Source: a virus (taxonomy: Duplodnaviria > Heunggongvirae > Uroviricota > Caudoviricetes). From it: 47,036 nucleotides of DNA. The notes beneath the pieces are model-generated. The model saw nothing but the letters and a program-made list of their open reading frames with translations, did not search any database and had not been told where the DNA came from. This document shows, piece after piece, positions 30,290 to 39,191 of the stretch. The position numbers and the translations under genes are program-made. Location: the IMG/VR virus record IMGVR_UViG_3300007609_001205, positions 104,834 to 151,869 of that record. One strand, given 5' to 3'. How positions within the stretch are numbered: the first letter of the stretch is position 1; every line of letters begins with the position of its first letter.

Positions 30290-32005
30290 ATGAACAATTT
30301 CATACAAATAGCATTCAAGAATATAAAGGCGGAAACTGAAAGGTTTCTGAAGAGAGAACATAATAAGGCGGATATTACATATTCACCGGCTTCACCTTTC
30401 GGTCAAATATTGACCACAATTCAGAAATATCAACAACTATCATTTTTATATCTCAAAAATGCTATTAGAAGTTTTGACCTAAGTCTTCCAAATTCAAACA
30501 ATCCTAAGAACATACGAAATGTATCCATATATTCCGGTCATATACCTGGTAGGGCAATTTCGGCAACAGGAACACTTAAATTAGTAGTTAAGTCGGGAAT
30601 TGACCTCGAAAGTGAATTGAGAGGTGGGAGAATAACATTCAAAAACCGCCTTATACTTAAAAATAATACGAATGGTCTTTTTTACTCACTCAATTTAGGA
30701 CAAGACAAGATAACTTATCAAATAAGTACCTCAACACAATTGTTCTTACCAATAATCCAAGGGGAAACAAACACAACATCATTCACTGGCCGAGGTGAGA
30801 TAAATTCCACATACCAAATTGCGTTGAAGGGTGGGAAAGAGATTGAGAATTTCAATGTTGAAGTTCTTGTCAATGGTGAATTCTGGACAGTCAAAAAGAC
30901 TTTATATGAACTACTTCCAAATGAAAAATCATGTGTTGTCCGTACAGGATTCAATGATGGTGTGGATATTATATTTGGGAATGGTGGTTATGGTAGAGTA
31001 CCCGAAGCCGGTTCAAATATAGTGGTCAGATACATTGAAACGAATGGTGCAGATGGAAACATTTTCCGGAGAACATTAAATGACTGGACATTTGTTGAAG
31101 ATGCAATTGATGGTTTTGGTGGGTCAGTAGATGTTACATCAATATTTGACATTTTAATCTACAATGATATAAATTTTGGAAGTAATAGAGAAGAACCAAG
31201 TTTCACAAAAAACCTATTACCCATAGCATCTAACAATTTTGTACTTGGACTCCCACAACAATATGCATATACTATAAAAAAATTAGGTGTATTTTCACAT
31301 GTAAATGCATATGAGAGTGATAGTGTTGTTTATATAGTTGCCACACCCAATATAAAATTATTTAAGAACAGAAATGCCGATTATTTTTCAGTTAATACTG
31401 CAGCATTCGAACTTGACGATTATGAAAAGAGCAAAATCGATAGATATATCCGTGGCAATGGAAACATTCAATTAACACGTAAATATAGAATAGATTCACC
31501 AAAACTATCATATTACATAATGAATGTATTTATTGTTAGATACTTGGACTCGAATGATGATTCTGTAAATGCACAAGTAACTGATGTCGTTTCTGAGTAC
31601 TTTCTAAACATCAATCGTGTGGATAGAATACCAAAATCCGATCTGATTGCTTCTCTTTCACAAATAAATGATATTCACTCTGTCGATGTTCAATTCATAT
31701 GTAAAAAGAATGAAGATTATCATAGAAAGAATAAAATTAAAACTGAAAACAAGGTTAATGCTGCTGAATCAAGGTTAGCACCTATCGGAACACAAGTCGA
31801 CCCCGATTATAAACCAGATCTTGCACTTGGATTAGACCCAGTACTTGGAGATATAATCTTTGATGCTGATGAATACCCTATAATACGTGGTGGTTGGTAT
31901 GATAGAAATGGTGTCTATTTTTCACCAGATGTTAAGGATAGCAACCTTAAATCGATAAATATAATAAAAACAGGTGTTGCTGACCCAAAATTGAGAAATA
32001 AATAA
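30290..32005 (+). CDS. baseplate wedge protein, T4 gp6/baseplate J-like
   Basis: GHIPGRAISATG, IIFGNGGYGRVP..GSNIVVRYIETNGADGN. Confidence 0.85.
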   Translation: MNNFIQIAFKNIKAETERFLKREHNKADITYSPASPFGQILTTIQKYQQLSFLYLKNAIRSFDLSLPNSNNPKNIRNVSIYSGHIPGRAISATGTLKLVVKSGIDLESELRGGRITFKNRLILKNNTNGLFYSLNLGQDKITYQISTSTQLFLPIIQGETNTTSFTGRGEINSTYQIALKGGKEIENFNVEVLVNGEFWTVKKTLYELLPNEKSCVVRTGFNDGVDIIFGNGGYGRVPEAGSNIVVRYIETNGADGNIFRRTLNDWTFVEDAIDGFGGSVDVTSIFDILIYNDINFGSNREEPSFTKNLLPIASNNFVLGLPQQYAYTIKKLGVFSHVNAYESDSVVYIVATPNIKLFKNRNADYFSVNTAAFELDDYEKSKIDRYIRGNGNIQLTRKYRIDSPKLSYYIMNVFIVRYLDSNDDSVNAQVTDVVSEYFLNINRVDRIPKSDLIASLSQINDIHSVDVQFICKKNEDYHRKNKIKTENKVNAAESRLAPIGTQVDPDYKPDLALGLDPVLGDIIFDADEYPIIRGGWYDRNGVYFSPDVKDSNLKSINIIKTGVADPKLRNK

Positions 32006-32814
32006 TGCGAAAATTTACAGAATCTCTTAATGTTTATAGCAGAGAAGCAATGGACGAACTTGCCCAAGATTTTGCCGATAATATACTAGGTGATTATGAG
32101 TTGGTTCTACAGATAGATACAGGACACCGTATAATCAACGTAAGTGATGCCGAAATTGAGGAGTTTGATACGAAGCACCAACTATACATAACATGTAGAA
32201 TATTCAATTTAAAAGGTGTTTATAATATAGACGAACTTGGTTTGGTTATTGATACCCGCCACAACTTCCCATATTTCAAAGAACTCATTGACGATCTGGA
32301 GATGTTCTTGGGTAACACGGAAGCATTTGGGATGAAACCCATTATAGAATTTTCAGTTGATGATAGTTTATACATAAGATTCCCAAAAGAACCAAATGCA
32401 GAAGATTACTTTGATATTTTAACTTCTATTTTAGATGATTACCAATCCCAATTGATGGGTACAATGACACCTAAGGTGGTAGGGAATAAATGGATAATTG
32501 AAGTCGATGTAGAACAAGCAATGAAGCATATAAACTCACTTAGTGATAGGGGAATAAAAAGTTACTTTGAAGTTAATTCATTTGAAAATCCCTCAGTACA
32601 CGAAGAGTATATAAAAAATCCTATGACGGTTGATAAATGGAAGGGACTTATTGATGACCAACGACATGAAGAAATAATAGAATTATTCAGATATAATATC
32701 TATTCCGATCTTGTATATGACCACATTAAATCTATATCACCCACAAAGTTTCACTTGTTTGGTGTAAGGGATACTACACTATCAAATTACGAACCAAAGA
32801 ATTTTTATATATAA
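32005..32814 (+). CDS. hypothetical protein (MRKFTESL N-terminus)
   Basis: TAATG coupling to the gp6-like gene. Confidence 0.65.
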   Translation: MRKFTESLNVYSREAMDELAQDFADNILGDYELVLQIDTGHRIINVSDAEIEEFDTKHQLYITCRIFNLKGVYNIDELGLVIDTRHNFPYFKELIDDLEMFLGNTEAFGMKPIIEFSVDDSLYIRFPKEPNAEDYFDILTSILDDYQSQLMGTMTPKVVGNKWIIEVDVEQAMKHINSLSDRGIKSYFEVNSFENPSVHEEYIKNPMTVDKWKGLIDDQRHEEIIELFRYNIYSDLVYDHIKSISPTKFHLFGVRDTTLSNYEPKNFYI

Positions 32815-32818
32815 GATC

Positions 32819-33073
32819 ATGTTATACGAAAGGAAAGACCTACCGGAACTTCATAAACTGAAACATCGCCACGATGATTTCGATGATTATGTGGATTATG
32901 AGAAAACAATACTCAAATCTGCACTTTCCCCATACCTTTATAACAATGACCTTATGAATAATTTCCTCAACAGATTACAACCACTTGTTGCATTACTGTT
33001 CGATCAAATGAACATAGTTAAAAATTGGAGAAACTACACTGTAGATAAATATTTTTACAAACATAACGGATAA
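32819..33073 (+). CDS. small hypothetical protein, possibly baseplate-associated
   Basis: ORF track; TTATATATA at 32805-32813. Confidence 0.6.
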   Translation: MLYERKDLPELHKLKHRHDDFDDYVDYEKTILKSALSPYLYNNDLMNNFLNRLQPLVALLFDQMNIVKNWRNYTVDKYFYKHNG

Positions 33074-33126
33074 ATAAAAAACCAACGACAAAAGTTAATA
33101 TATAACTTAATAAATTACTAATTGAT

Positions 33127-33762
33127 ATGGCAGGTAGAAGTATAAAAGGATTTAAGAAATTTTCGGAAATGAAATCCGATAAGGAGATTGAAGAGGTACA
33201 ACCTTCGGTATCACCTGATACTGATTCAGATAGACCGGGTAATCCAAATACTCCTAATAAGGGGAAGAAGATTGAAAAGACTGCATCAAGAAAGGGATTG
33301 ATTCCCAAAGATCAAAACCTTGAATTGGGCAAAACTGAAACTGAAAAGTCAGATGACGAGGAAGAAGTTGATGAAAGCAAAGAGGTTAAATTTTATGGAA
33401 AAGTTGCCAAATTTCCTAACAAGACCAAGGCATCCAAAGCATTGAACTTTTTGGAAAATGTTAAAATCCCAAAGAATTCAATATGGTATATCCTCGTTGA
33501 GAAACAATCAAATGAATTACAAATGTTAAAATACAACAACAAACAGGGTGTTGATATGGAACGATTCGTTTTGGAATTGAAGGGGTTCTATCTTAAAAAA
33601 TATGCAAAAGACCCAAAATTAACAAAACTCATTGAGAACATGAATGTAAAAGGGGCACAAGAATTTTCTGCAATCCAGAATATCCCAAATATTGAAGTTG
33701 AGGACGGGAAGAAAATGATCACTAAAATAACCGAAGACCTTCTTAAACTTTTGTCTAAATAA
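33127..33762 (+). CDS. hypothetical protein
   Basis: TAATATATA at 33096; GFKKFSEMK near N-terminus. Confidence 0.7.
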   Translation: MAGRSIKGFKKFSEMKSDKEIEEVQPSVSPDTDSDRPGNPNTPNKGKKIEKTASRKGLIPKDQNLELGKTETEKSDDEEEVDESKEVKFYGKVAKFPNKTKASKALNFLENVKIPKNSIWYILVEKQSNELQMLKYNNKQGVDMERFVLELKGFYLKKYAKDPKLTKLIENMNVKGAQEFSAIQNIPNIEVEDGKKMITKITEDLLKLLSK

Positions 33763-33796
33763 TACATATGACTTATAATCAACTATTATAATACAT

Positions 33797-34534
33797 ATGA
33801 CTTATAATAAAATTTACAACCAAAACTGTGTGGAATTTATGAAGACATTACCCGATCATTCAATTGATCTCACGGTAACCGATCCACCATACCTCATTAA
33901 TTACTCATCTTTTCGTACAAAGTCCAAACAAATAAAAAATGATGATAATTCTGAATGGGTAGAACCATTTTTCAAAGAACTCAGTCGTGTTATGAAAAAA
34001 GAATCACATCTTTATTGTTTTTGTGATTTTGAAATGTCTGCCGAGTTCCTGATTGAAATAAGAAAATACTGGAAAGTTAGAAACCTTCTGTGTATTCCAC
34101 GTAAGATGAAAGGAAATGGGGGCGAAAGAATTTTCCAACAACAGTTTGAATATTGTATATTTGCCACTCTTGGTAACAAAAAACAAGGTAGGAAATTCAA
34201 CCAAACTCAAATACTGAAACCATCTGCAGGGTATCTTAAAGATAAGAGATACAAGGCAAAGGAATGGTTATATAGGTTACCCGATCATTGGCATTGGACA
34301 ACTGCAAGTGCATTCAACCATGACCGACTCCATCCAAACCAAAAGAATGTTGAGTGTCTGAAAGATATGATATCTCTCTCATCATCACCGGGCGAAGTAG
34401 TATTTGACCCATTTACAGGAAGTGGCTCAACCTTAGTTGCTGCAAAAGAATTGGGTAGAAATTACATTGGGTGTGAATTAGATACTAAATATTACGAAAT
34501 ATCAACCAACAGACTAAAAGAAAACAATGGATAA
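33797..34534 (+). CDS. N6-adenine/N4-cytosine DNA methyltransferase (beta class), orphan
   Basis: TDPPY precedes DPFTGSGST; HPNQK. Confidence 0.92.
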   Translation: MTYNKIYNQNCVEFMKTLPDHSIDLTVTDPPYLINYSSFRTKSKQIKNDDNSEWVEPFFKELSRVMKKESHLYCFCDFEMSAEFLIEIRKYWKVRNLLCIPRKMKGNGGERIFQQQFEYCIFATLGNKKQGRKFNQTQILKPSAGYLKDKRYKAKEWLYRLPDHWHWTTASAFNHDRLHPNQKNVECLKDMISLSSSPGEVVFDPFTGSGSTLVAAKELGRNYIGCELDTKYYEISTNRLKENNG

Positions 34535-34982
34535 ATTTGAAAAAATATGTGATTCCCTTCTGAATAGTACTAATGATGGGGCAATAAAATGGAAAGAAAA
34601 CACAACCCATATATTCAGCAGTGATACCTCTAAATATTTTGAGTATAAAAGCCCAGATGGGAATACAGAATTCCAAATAAATATAAAACTCTGTGATGAT
34701 CTAAAATACGACACATGTTCATTGCTTATAAGAAATGAAAAATTGCTAAATGGTGCTAGGAATATATTTTCAGAAATTTATCCAGAACTCAAATCTCTTG
34801 GCGAAGTTATATATCAAAATGATATAAAACCGAATATCACAAAAGGACACGGAAATAATCAAGCTGCAGATGAAATATTATGTTCCATAGAAACAATTAA
34901 AGATAAAAGAAACCAAAAATTAGAAAACCTACTTAACACGGGACTGGCTTCAAAAATCAAAAACATAATTAAATCTTTTTAA
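34527..34982 (+). CDS. hypothetical protein with KRNQKLENLL motif
   Basis: ORF track. Confidence 0.65.
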   Translation: MDKFEKICDSLLNSTNDGAIKWKENTTHIFSSDTSKYFEYKSPDGNTEFQINIKLCDDLKYDTCSLLIRNEKLLNGARNIFSEIYPELKSLGEVIYQNDIKPNITKGHGNNQAADEILCSIETIKDKRNQKLENLLNTGLASKIKNIIKSF

Positions 34983-35047
34983 TGTGAATAATTATTAATA
35001 CCTTTACTCTTGATATATTATAAGTTTAATACGAAATATATACTAAC

Positions 35048-35626
35048 ATGAGAAAGGAAATATCACTTACACCGAAAGAACGTGAGGCATATGAAATGGC
35101 CCAAGCACTTCATGATGGTGTCTATCGTAAATTTTCAGGAGCACCTTATTTCTATCACGTGGAAAAGGTATTCAAATATGTTAAAAAAGTTGATAAAAGA
35201 GAAAAACTTGCAATTGCAGCACTACTACACGATGTGGTGGAAGATTGCTTCACAAATAATCATGCCGAGGGCTACCGAGTCATTGAATCAAAATTTGGGA
35301 AAGATGTTATGTTGCTCGTAAAGGAACTTACATCAGTTGGCCATATGGTAAAATTAATGGGTAAGGCAGATTACCTACTTGATAAGATGGTCAATATGAG
35401 TGATGATGCACTTACTATTAAATTATGTGATCGATTACAGAACATATCGGACCACTATGCATCTGATTCAAAATTCCGAGAAAAATATTATAAAGAAACT
35501 CGGTACATAATCACTAAATTACAAAGAAACCGACAACTTAACCGAAAACAGACCACTGTAGTAAATCTTATTGAGGGGATACTTGATATGATGTCCAAGA
35601 GGTATAATATCGATTCTTCTGAGTAA
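35048..35626 (+). CDS. HD-domain protein, RelA/SpoT-hydrolase (SAH/Mesh1)-like
   Basis: AQALHDG.YRKFSGAPYFYH, AALLHDVVED, VKELT, IKLCDRLQN. Confidence 0.88.
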   Translation: MRKEISLTPKEREAYEMAQALHDGVYRKFSGAPYFYHVEKVFKYVKKVDKREKLAIAALLHDVVEDCFTNNHAEGYRVIESKFGKDVMLLVKELTSVGHMVKLMGKADYLLDKMVNMSDDALTIKLCDRLQNISDHYASDSKFREKYYKETRYIITKLQRNRQLNRKQTTVVNLIEGILDMMSKRYNIDSSE

Positions 35627-35684
35627 GGTTATATATAAATTATTAATAGTTTATTTGGTACAACTTATAATTAATATATAGAAT

Positions 35685-35921
35685 ATGATAAAAAAATGGA
35701 AACAATACAACGAAGAATTGTCTGATCAAGAATACCAGAGTATTATTGAAAGAGACCCAATGAAGAATTTTGACTCACCCAATTATAAATTGGTTAGGTT
35801 TGCATACAATGATGTAGGCAACAATGCAACTGCATTAGTAGATAAAAAACAAAAGAAGATACTTTCTTTTAGTTTAACTGGAAGTTCAGAACTAGATAAA
35901 TATCAAGAACTTACAAAATAG
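35685..35921 (+). CDS. small hypothetical protein (MIKKWKQYNEE)
   Basis: TAATATATA 4 nt upstream. Confidence 0.65.
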   Translation: MIKKWKQYNEELSDQEYQSIIERDPMKNFDSPNYKLVRFAYNDVGNNATALVDKKQKKILSFSLTGSSELDKYQELTK

Positions 35922-35957
35922 GAAAATAATATATAGTACTAAACACAATAATCAATT

Positions 35958-36485
35958 ATGAGTTTAAATGAAAACTATTTAAGATATGAGATCAGTGGCG
36001 GTGCTACTTATTATGGATATGTAATAAATCCAGGAACTACTGACACAGAAAAGAAATGGTCTATCAGAGTACAAGATGGATCTGACGTTAAATGGAATGC
36101 GAACTCATACTATGCATATACGGCAATTTGGGATAATAAGGAAGATCATTTTTCCACACCATCTGCACCATCCATAGGAATAACATCATCAGTACAAACA
36201 AACTCATCTGGAAATGAAAGAGTTGTTCTTGGTATCACTTGGTCTGCCGTTTCAGGTGTTGATATTTATAGGATTAAAATTGAAGACCAAAATGGGATAG
36301 TTTATAATGATTTGGGTGGACCTTTACAAAACCCAACCAGAAGAAGAACTGGACTTTTCCACACAACAGAAATATTTTCACCGAATTATAATTTCAAAGG
36401 AAAATCTAGTATGACATATTCGATAACTGTTGAATCCATAAACCAACAAGGCTCAAGTGCTACTTCATCAACTTACCTAACTTAA
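35958..36485 (+). CDS. probable virion protein with FN3-like beta sandwich
   Basis: PSAPSI...ITWSAVSGVDIYRI...YSITVESIN; late motif at 35927. Confidence 0.55.
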   Translation: MSLNENYLRYEISGGATYYGYVINPGTTDTEKKWSIRVQDGSDVKWNANSYYAYTAIWDNKEDHFSTPSAPSIGITSSVQTNSSGNERVVLGITWSAVSGVDIYRIKIEDQNGIVYNDLGGPLQNPTRRRTGLFHTTEIFSPNYNFKGKSSMTYSITVESINQQGSSATSSTYLT

Positions 36486-36853
36486 TTCATATCTTTTAAC
36501 CCTATAAGAACTGGGAATTCCATATGTGATCGATCAGTAATAGATACTTGTGTCTTAACTACCTCATCATCGGTGTGTGTTATATTCATATTTACCATAA
36601 CACGTTCTTCCTCACCATTTGCAGATTTTGTTGTAGCAGTTCCCGAAATTTCTTCGGAGTCAGAATCACCTTTGATTGTTTTATCATCAAACCCAAGTGT
36701 TTTGGCCACCTCCCTATCAATAGAACTATACCTTGCACCCGTATCAAATTTAGCAACAACATCAACTGCCTCGCCATTCAATGGATTGGTAAGCTTCACC
36801 TTGTGAATCCCATCCATCTTGCTTTCGAAATATTTTTTAAAACTTAGTACCAT
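36482..36853 (-). CDS. retropepsin-like aspartic peptidase (RimK-associated type)
   Basis: AKFDTGARYSSID ... PVLIG. Confidence 0.85.
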   Translation of the reverse strand: MVLSFKKYFESKMDGIHKVKLTNPLNGEAVDVVAKFDTGARYSSIDREVAKTLGFDDKTIKGDSDSEEISGTATTKSANGEEERVMVNMNITHTDDEVVKTQVSITDRSHMEFPVLIGLKDMN

Positions 36854-36885
36854 TTATAGTATATATTAATAAATAAACAATAACT

Positions 36886-37290
36886 ATGTGGGCAAACCTA
36901 TCATCAACAGATAACAAATCACCATTCGATATATTGAAAGAATTCCAAAAATCTTTGGGTGAGGAAACCGATAACGAATTTACAGCAGATATGGATATTG
37001 GTATGCGTGAAAATGCTAATGGATTTCCATTACCATGGTATAGATTCTATATCAATCATGAAGACTATACACATCTTTTTATGTCCATAGAACAAACTTA
37101 TTGTGATATGAACAATGGAATATCGTATTATCCGGTCAGACTTACTTTCCACTTCTTCGATACTGTTGAAGATACTATAAATGATAACGATCAGTTAGAA
37201 GAAAAGATAACGGAGGTAGTCGGTAGTGAAAAAACAGGAAACTTTTTGGAATACATTAGAAGAATATCCGATAACATTCAAATAAATTAA
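36886..37290 (+). CDS. hypothetical protein
   Basis: ORF track. Confidence 0.6.
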   Translation: MWANLSSTDNKSPFDILKEFQKSLGEETDNEFTADMDIGMRENANGFPLPWYRFYINHEDYTHLFMSIEQTYCDMNNGISYYPVRLTFHFFDTVEDTINDNDQLEEKITEVVGSEKTGNFLEYIRRISDNIQIN

Positions 37291-37302
37291 TATCTTTGTA
37301 AA

Positions 37303-37452
37303 ATGCTATTAGGACTCTTATACCTTATTATATTCTCACCCATCATATTATGGATTTTAGTAGAGATAGAGTGGGTAATATACTGCCATAAGTTTGATAA
37401 AAAATATGGCAAATATAAAGAAAAATATTATAATGAAGATTCGAACACATGA
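37303..37452 (+). CDS. small membrane protein (49 aa), not in ORF track
   Basis: MLLGLLYLIIFSPIILWILVEIEWVIY...; TATCTTTG at 37291-37298; ATGA overlap with the next gene. Confidence 0.6.
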   Translation: MLLGLLYLIIFSPIILWILVEIEWVIYCHKFDKKYGKYKEKYYNEDSNT

Positions 37453-37775
37453 CGAATAAGGAATATAAACGTATAAATAATTTTTTAGAAGAAAAGGGTC
37501 ATGACCAACATGGGTTTTTGGTGTTGAGCCGTGATAAAAAAACAAAGAAACTATATAATAATAGAACATATGTTTCTTTCAAAATCATAAAACCGAATGA
37601 TGGCGAATTCAGAGTACTAACAAAAAGCCCTGAATCCGATTATCGTAGTGAAATGTGGTTAAGTATAAACCGTAAACATATCCAAAAAATAACTATGAGG
37701 TCTATGGTAGGGTGGTCAGATGTGAAAGGCGAAAGAGATAAAAGACTCAATAAAATACTTGGTAATGAGTCGTGA
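37449..37775 (+). CDS. hypothetical protein ending RDKRLNKILGNES
   Basis: ORF track. Confidence 0.65.
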   Translation: MTNKEYKRINNFLEEKGHDQHGFLVLSRDKKTKKLYNNRTYVSFKIIKPNDGEFRVLTKSPESDYRSEMWLSINRKHIQKITMRSMVGWSDVKGERDKRLNKILGNES

Positions 37776-37817
37776 AGTTGTATATAAATAAGATAGTAAC
37801 AAAATAAATAATTAAAC

Positions 37818-38243
37818 ATGAGTGATGTAAGTAATATAGGTGAAATGGAAGGCAAAACCATATACCGGATTAACCAATCAAACTTTGACGAGGAGGATTA
37901 TATTGAATTCATTTGCACCGATGGGTGGATATATAAAATGTATCACACACAAGATTGTTGTGAAAATGTTACAATCGATGATATTATAGGGGATTTATCC
38001 GATCTGTTAGACACACCATTAACAATGGCAGATGAATCCTGTAATAGTAATGACAGTGATTGTGAGTCAGAAACATGGACATTCTATCGTTTTGCAACTG
38101 TTAATGGGTATATCACCATAAGATGGCATGGAACATCGAATGGTTACTATTCTGAAAGTGTTGATGTGTATAAAAGATACGACATTCAGAAAGCAAGAAA
38201 ATATAAATTGGGTACTATATTAGATAATGGAAAAGATATGTGA
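37818..38243 (+). CDS. conserved phage hypothetical protein (MYHTQDCCENV type)
   Basis: MYHTQDCCE, TWTFYRFAT, WHGTSNGYYSE motifs; T4-type TATAAATA at 37783-37790. Confidence 0.75.
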   Translation: MSDVSNIGEMEGKTIYRINQSNFDEEDYIEFICTDGWIYKMYHTQDCCENVTIDDIIGDLSDLLDTPLTMADESCNSNDSDCESETWTFYRFATVNGYITIRWHGTSNGYYSESVDVYKRYDIQKARKYKLGTILDNGKDM

Positions 38244-38481
38244 TATTAACAATCTACCAGTCTATGTCGATAAGTATATGGAAAAAAATAAGATACATAT
38301 TGGTCGGAAAGGTAACCAAAAACAATTTGTGATTTGTGGGCAGGAAGTAGGTGAAATATTAAAAAACTTCCTTATGTGTAAAAGAAGAAATTCAGTTATA
38401 GATAATGTTCTCGATGAACTCATCCCACATAAGATAGACATACTAAGTCAATTTGGAAATATTTTCCAACGAAACTCATAA
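38227..38481 (+). CDS. hypothetical protein
   Basis: ORF track. Confidence 0.55.
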   Translation: MEKICDINNLPVYVDKYMEKNKIHIGRKGNQKQFVICGQEVGEILKNFLMCKRRNSVIDNVLDELIPHKIDILSQFGNIFQRNS

Positions 38482-38511
38482 TTGCTGAATTGTAAAAAAA
38501 ATTAAAATAAT

Positions 38512-38542
38512 TTTGGAGTTTAACAAAACTTTATTAACTTTG
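38512..38542 (+). promoter_or_regulatory. Bacteroidota primary-sigma promoter for the leader/tRNA array
   Basis: TTTG (38512-38515) - 19 nt - TAACTTTG (38535-38542). Confidence 0.75.
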
Positions 38543-38594
38543 TACTCTATAACGAAAAAGGAAGAAATAAAACTTAATATATAACAACAAGAAA

Positions 38595-38702
38595 ATGAAT
38601 ACATTAGTATCTAATATCAAGAATGGAAAATGCTTTAAATGGCATTTTAAATCATACCTATCCGGTTTTGATAATAGGATTACTATGTATGACTTTCTAT
38701 GA
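38595..38702 (+). CDS. attenuator leader peptide 1 (35 aa, MNTLVSNIKNGKCFKWHFKSYLSGFDNRITMYDFL)
   Basis: Read manually; consecutive TTT AAA TGG CAT TTT AAA at 38634-38651. Confidence 0.75.
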   Translation: MNTLVSNIKNGKCFKWHFKSYLSGFDNRITMYDFL

Positions 38703-38742
38703 TAAGATAGAATAACACACAAAGGTAATTTCAAAGCCGGAT
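38660..38742 (+). promoter_or_regulatory. antiterminator helix
   Basis: ATCCGGTTTTGA (38660-38671) pairs 12/12 (one G-U) with TCAAAGCCGGAT (38731-38742), which overlaps the terminator 5' arm. Confidence 0.75.
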
Positions 38743-38766
38743 TTCGAAAGAGATCCGGCTTTTTTT
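38733..38766 (+). terminator. intrinsic terminator directly upstream of the tRNA array
   Basis: AAAGCCGGATTTC-GAAA-GAGATCCGGCTTT plus T-run. Confidence 0.9.
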
Positions 38767-38775
38767 ATTTTACAT

Positions 38776-38848
38776 GGTGGATGTAGCTCAGGGGAAGAGT
38801 GTCGGTTTGTGAAACCGAAGGTCGGGATTTCGAAACTCCTCATCCACA
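38776..38848 (+). tRNA. tRNA-His(GTG), G-1 opposite A73, T-stem mismatch
   Basis: Cloverleaf folded by hand; anticodon 38809-38811; no encoded CCA. Confidence 0.8.
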
Positions 38849-38850
38849 CA

Positions 38851-38921
38851 TAGTCAGAACTGATGTGGTGCAGTGCCCCTGAGAAACAGGGGGATTTGAG
38901 GGTTCGATTCCCTCCTGACAA
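38851..38921 (+). tRNA. atypical tRNA-like element (nominal GAA anticodon, no U33)
   Basis: Perfect T-arm GAGGG-TTCGATT-CCCTC; acceptor core GTCAG/CTGAC; anticodon arm CCCCT-GAGAAAC-AGGGG. Confidence 0.5.
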
Positions 38922-38926
38922 AAATT

Positions 38927-39000
38927 GGCTTCGTAACTCAGCCGGGTAGAGTGACAGACTGAAAATCTGTTGGTCATGGGTTCAAATCCCATCGAAGCCA
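38927..39000 (+). tRNA. tRNA-Phe(GAA)
   Basis: Canonical cloverleaf; ACAGA-CTGAAAA-TCTGT. Confidence 0.95.
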
Positions 39001-39009
39001 CAAACATAC

Positions 39010-39082
39010 GATCTCGTAGCTCAGTTGGTAGAGCATTCCCCTTTTAAGGGAAGGGTCGTGGGTTCGAGGCCTACCGGGATCA
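39010..39082 (+). tRNA. tRNA-Lys(TTT)
   Basis: Canonical cloverleaf; TTCCC-CTTTTAA-GGGAA. Confidence 0.95.
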
Positions 39083-39091
39083 CTAAAATAT

Positions 39092-39183
39092 GGTGATTGT
39101 AGCTGAATGGTATGTAGTACCGTAAGGGAACAAGCACTTGGTTGTGACCCAAGAGGATGCCGGTTCGAGTCCGGTCTTTCACC
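39092..39183 (+). tRNA. tRNA-His(GTG) with G-1:C73 and greatly expanded D-loop
   Basis: CTTGG-TTGTGAC-CCAAG; 28-nt D-loop (39105-39132); two T-T mismatches in acceptor stem. Confidence 0.8.
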
Positions 39184-39191
39184 CAAAATAT

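Noticed and set aside
33797-34982. Restriction-modification pair
   Set aside because: The downstream ORF has no recognisable nuclease motif; orphan methyltransferases are common in large phages.
39105-39132. Intron in tRNA-His or in the tRNA-Lys variable region
   Set aside because: Too short for group I/II introns, not at the canonical 37/38 site, and no clear bulge-helix-bulge.
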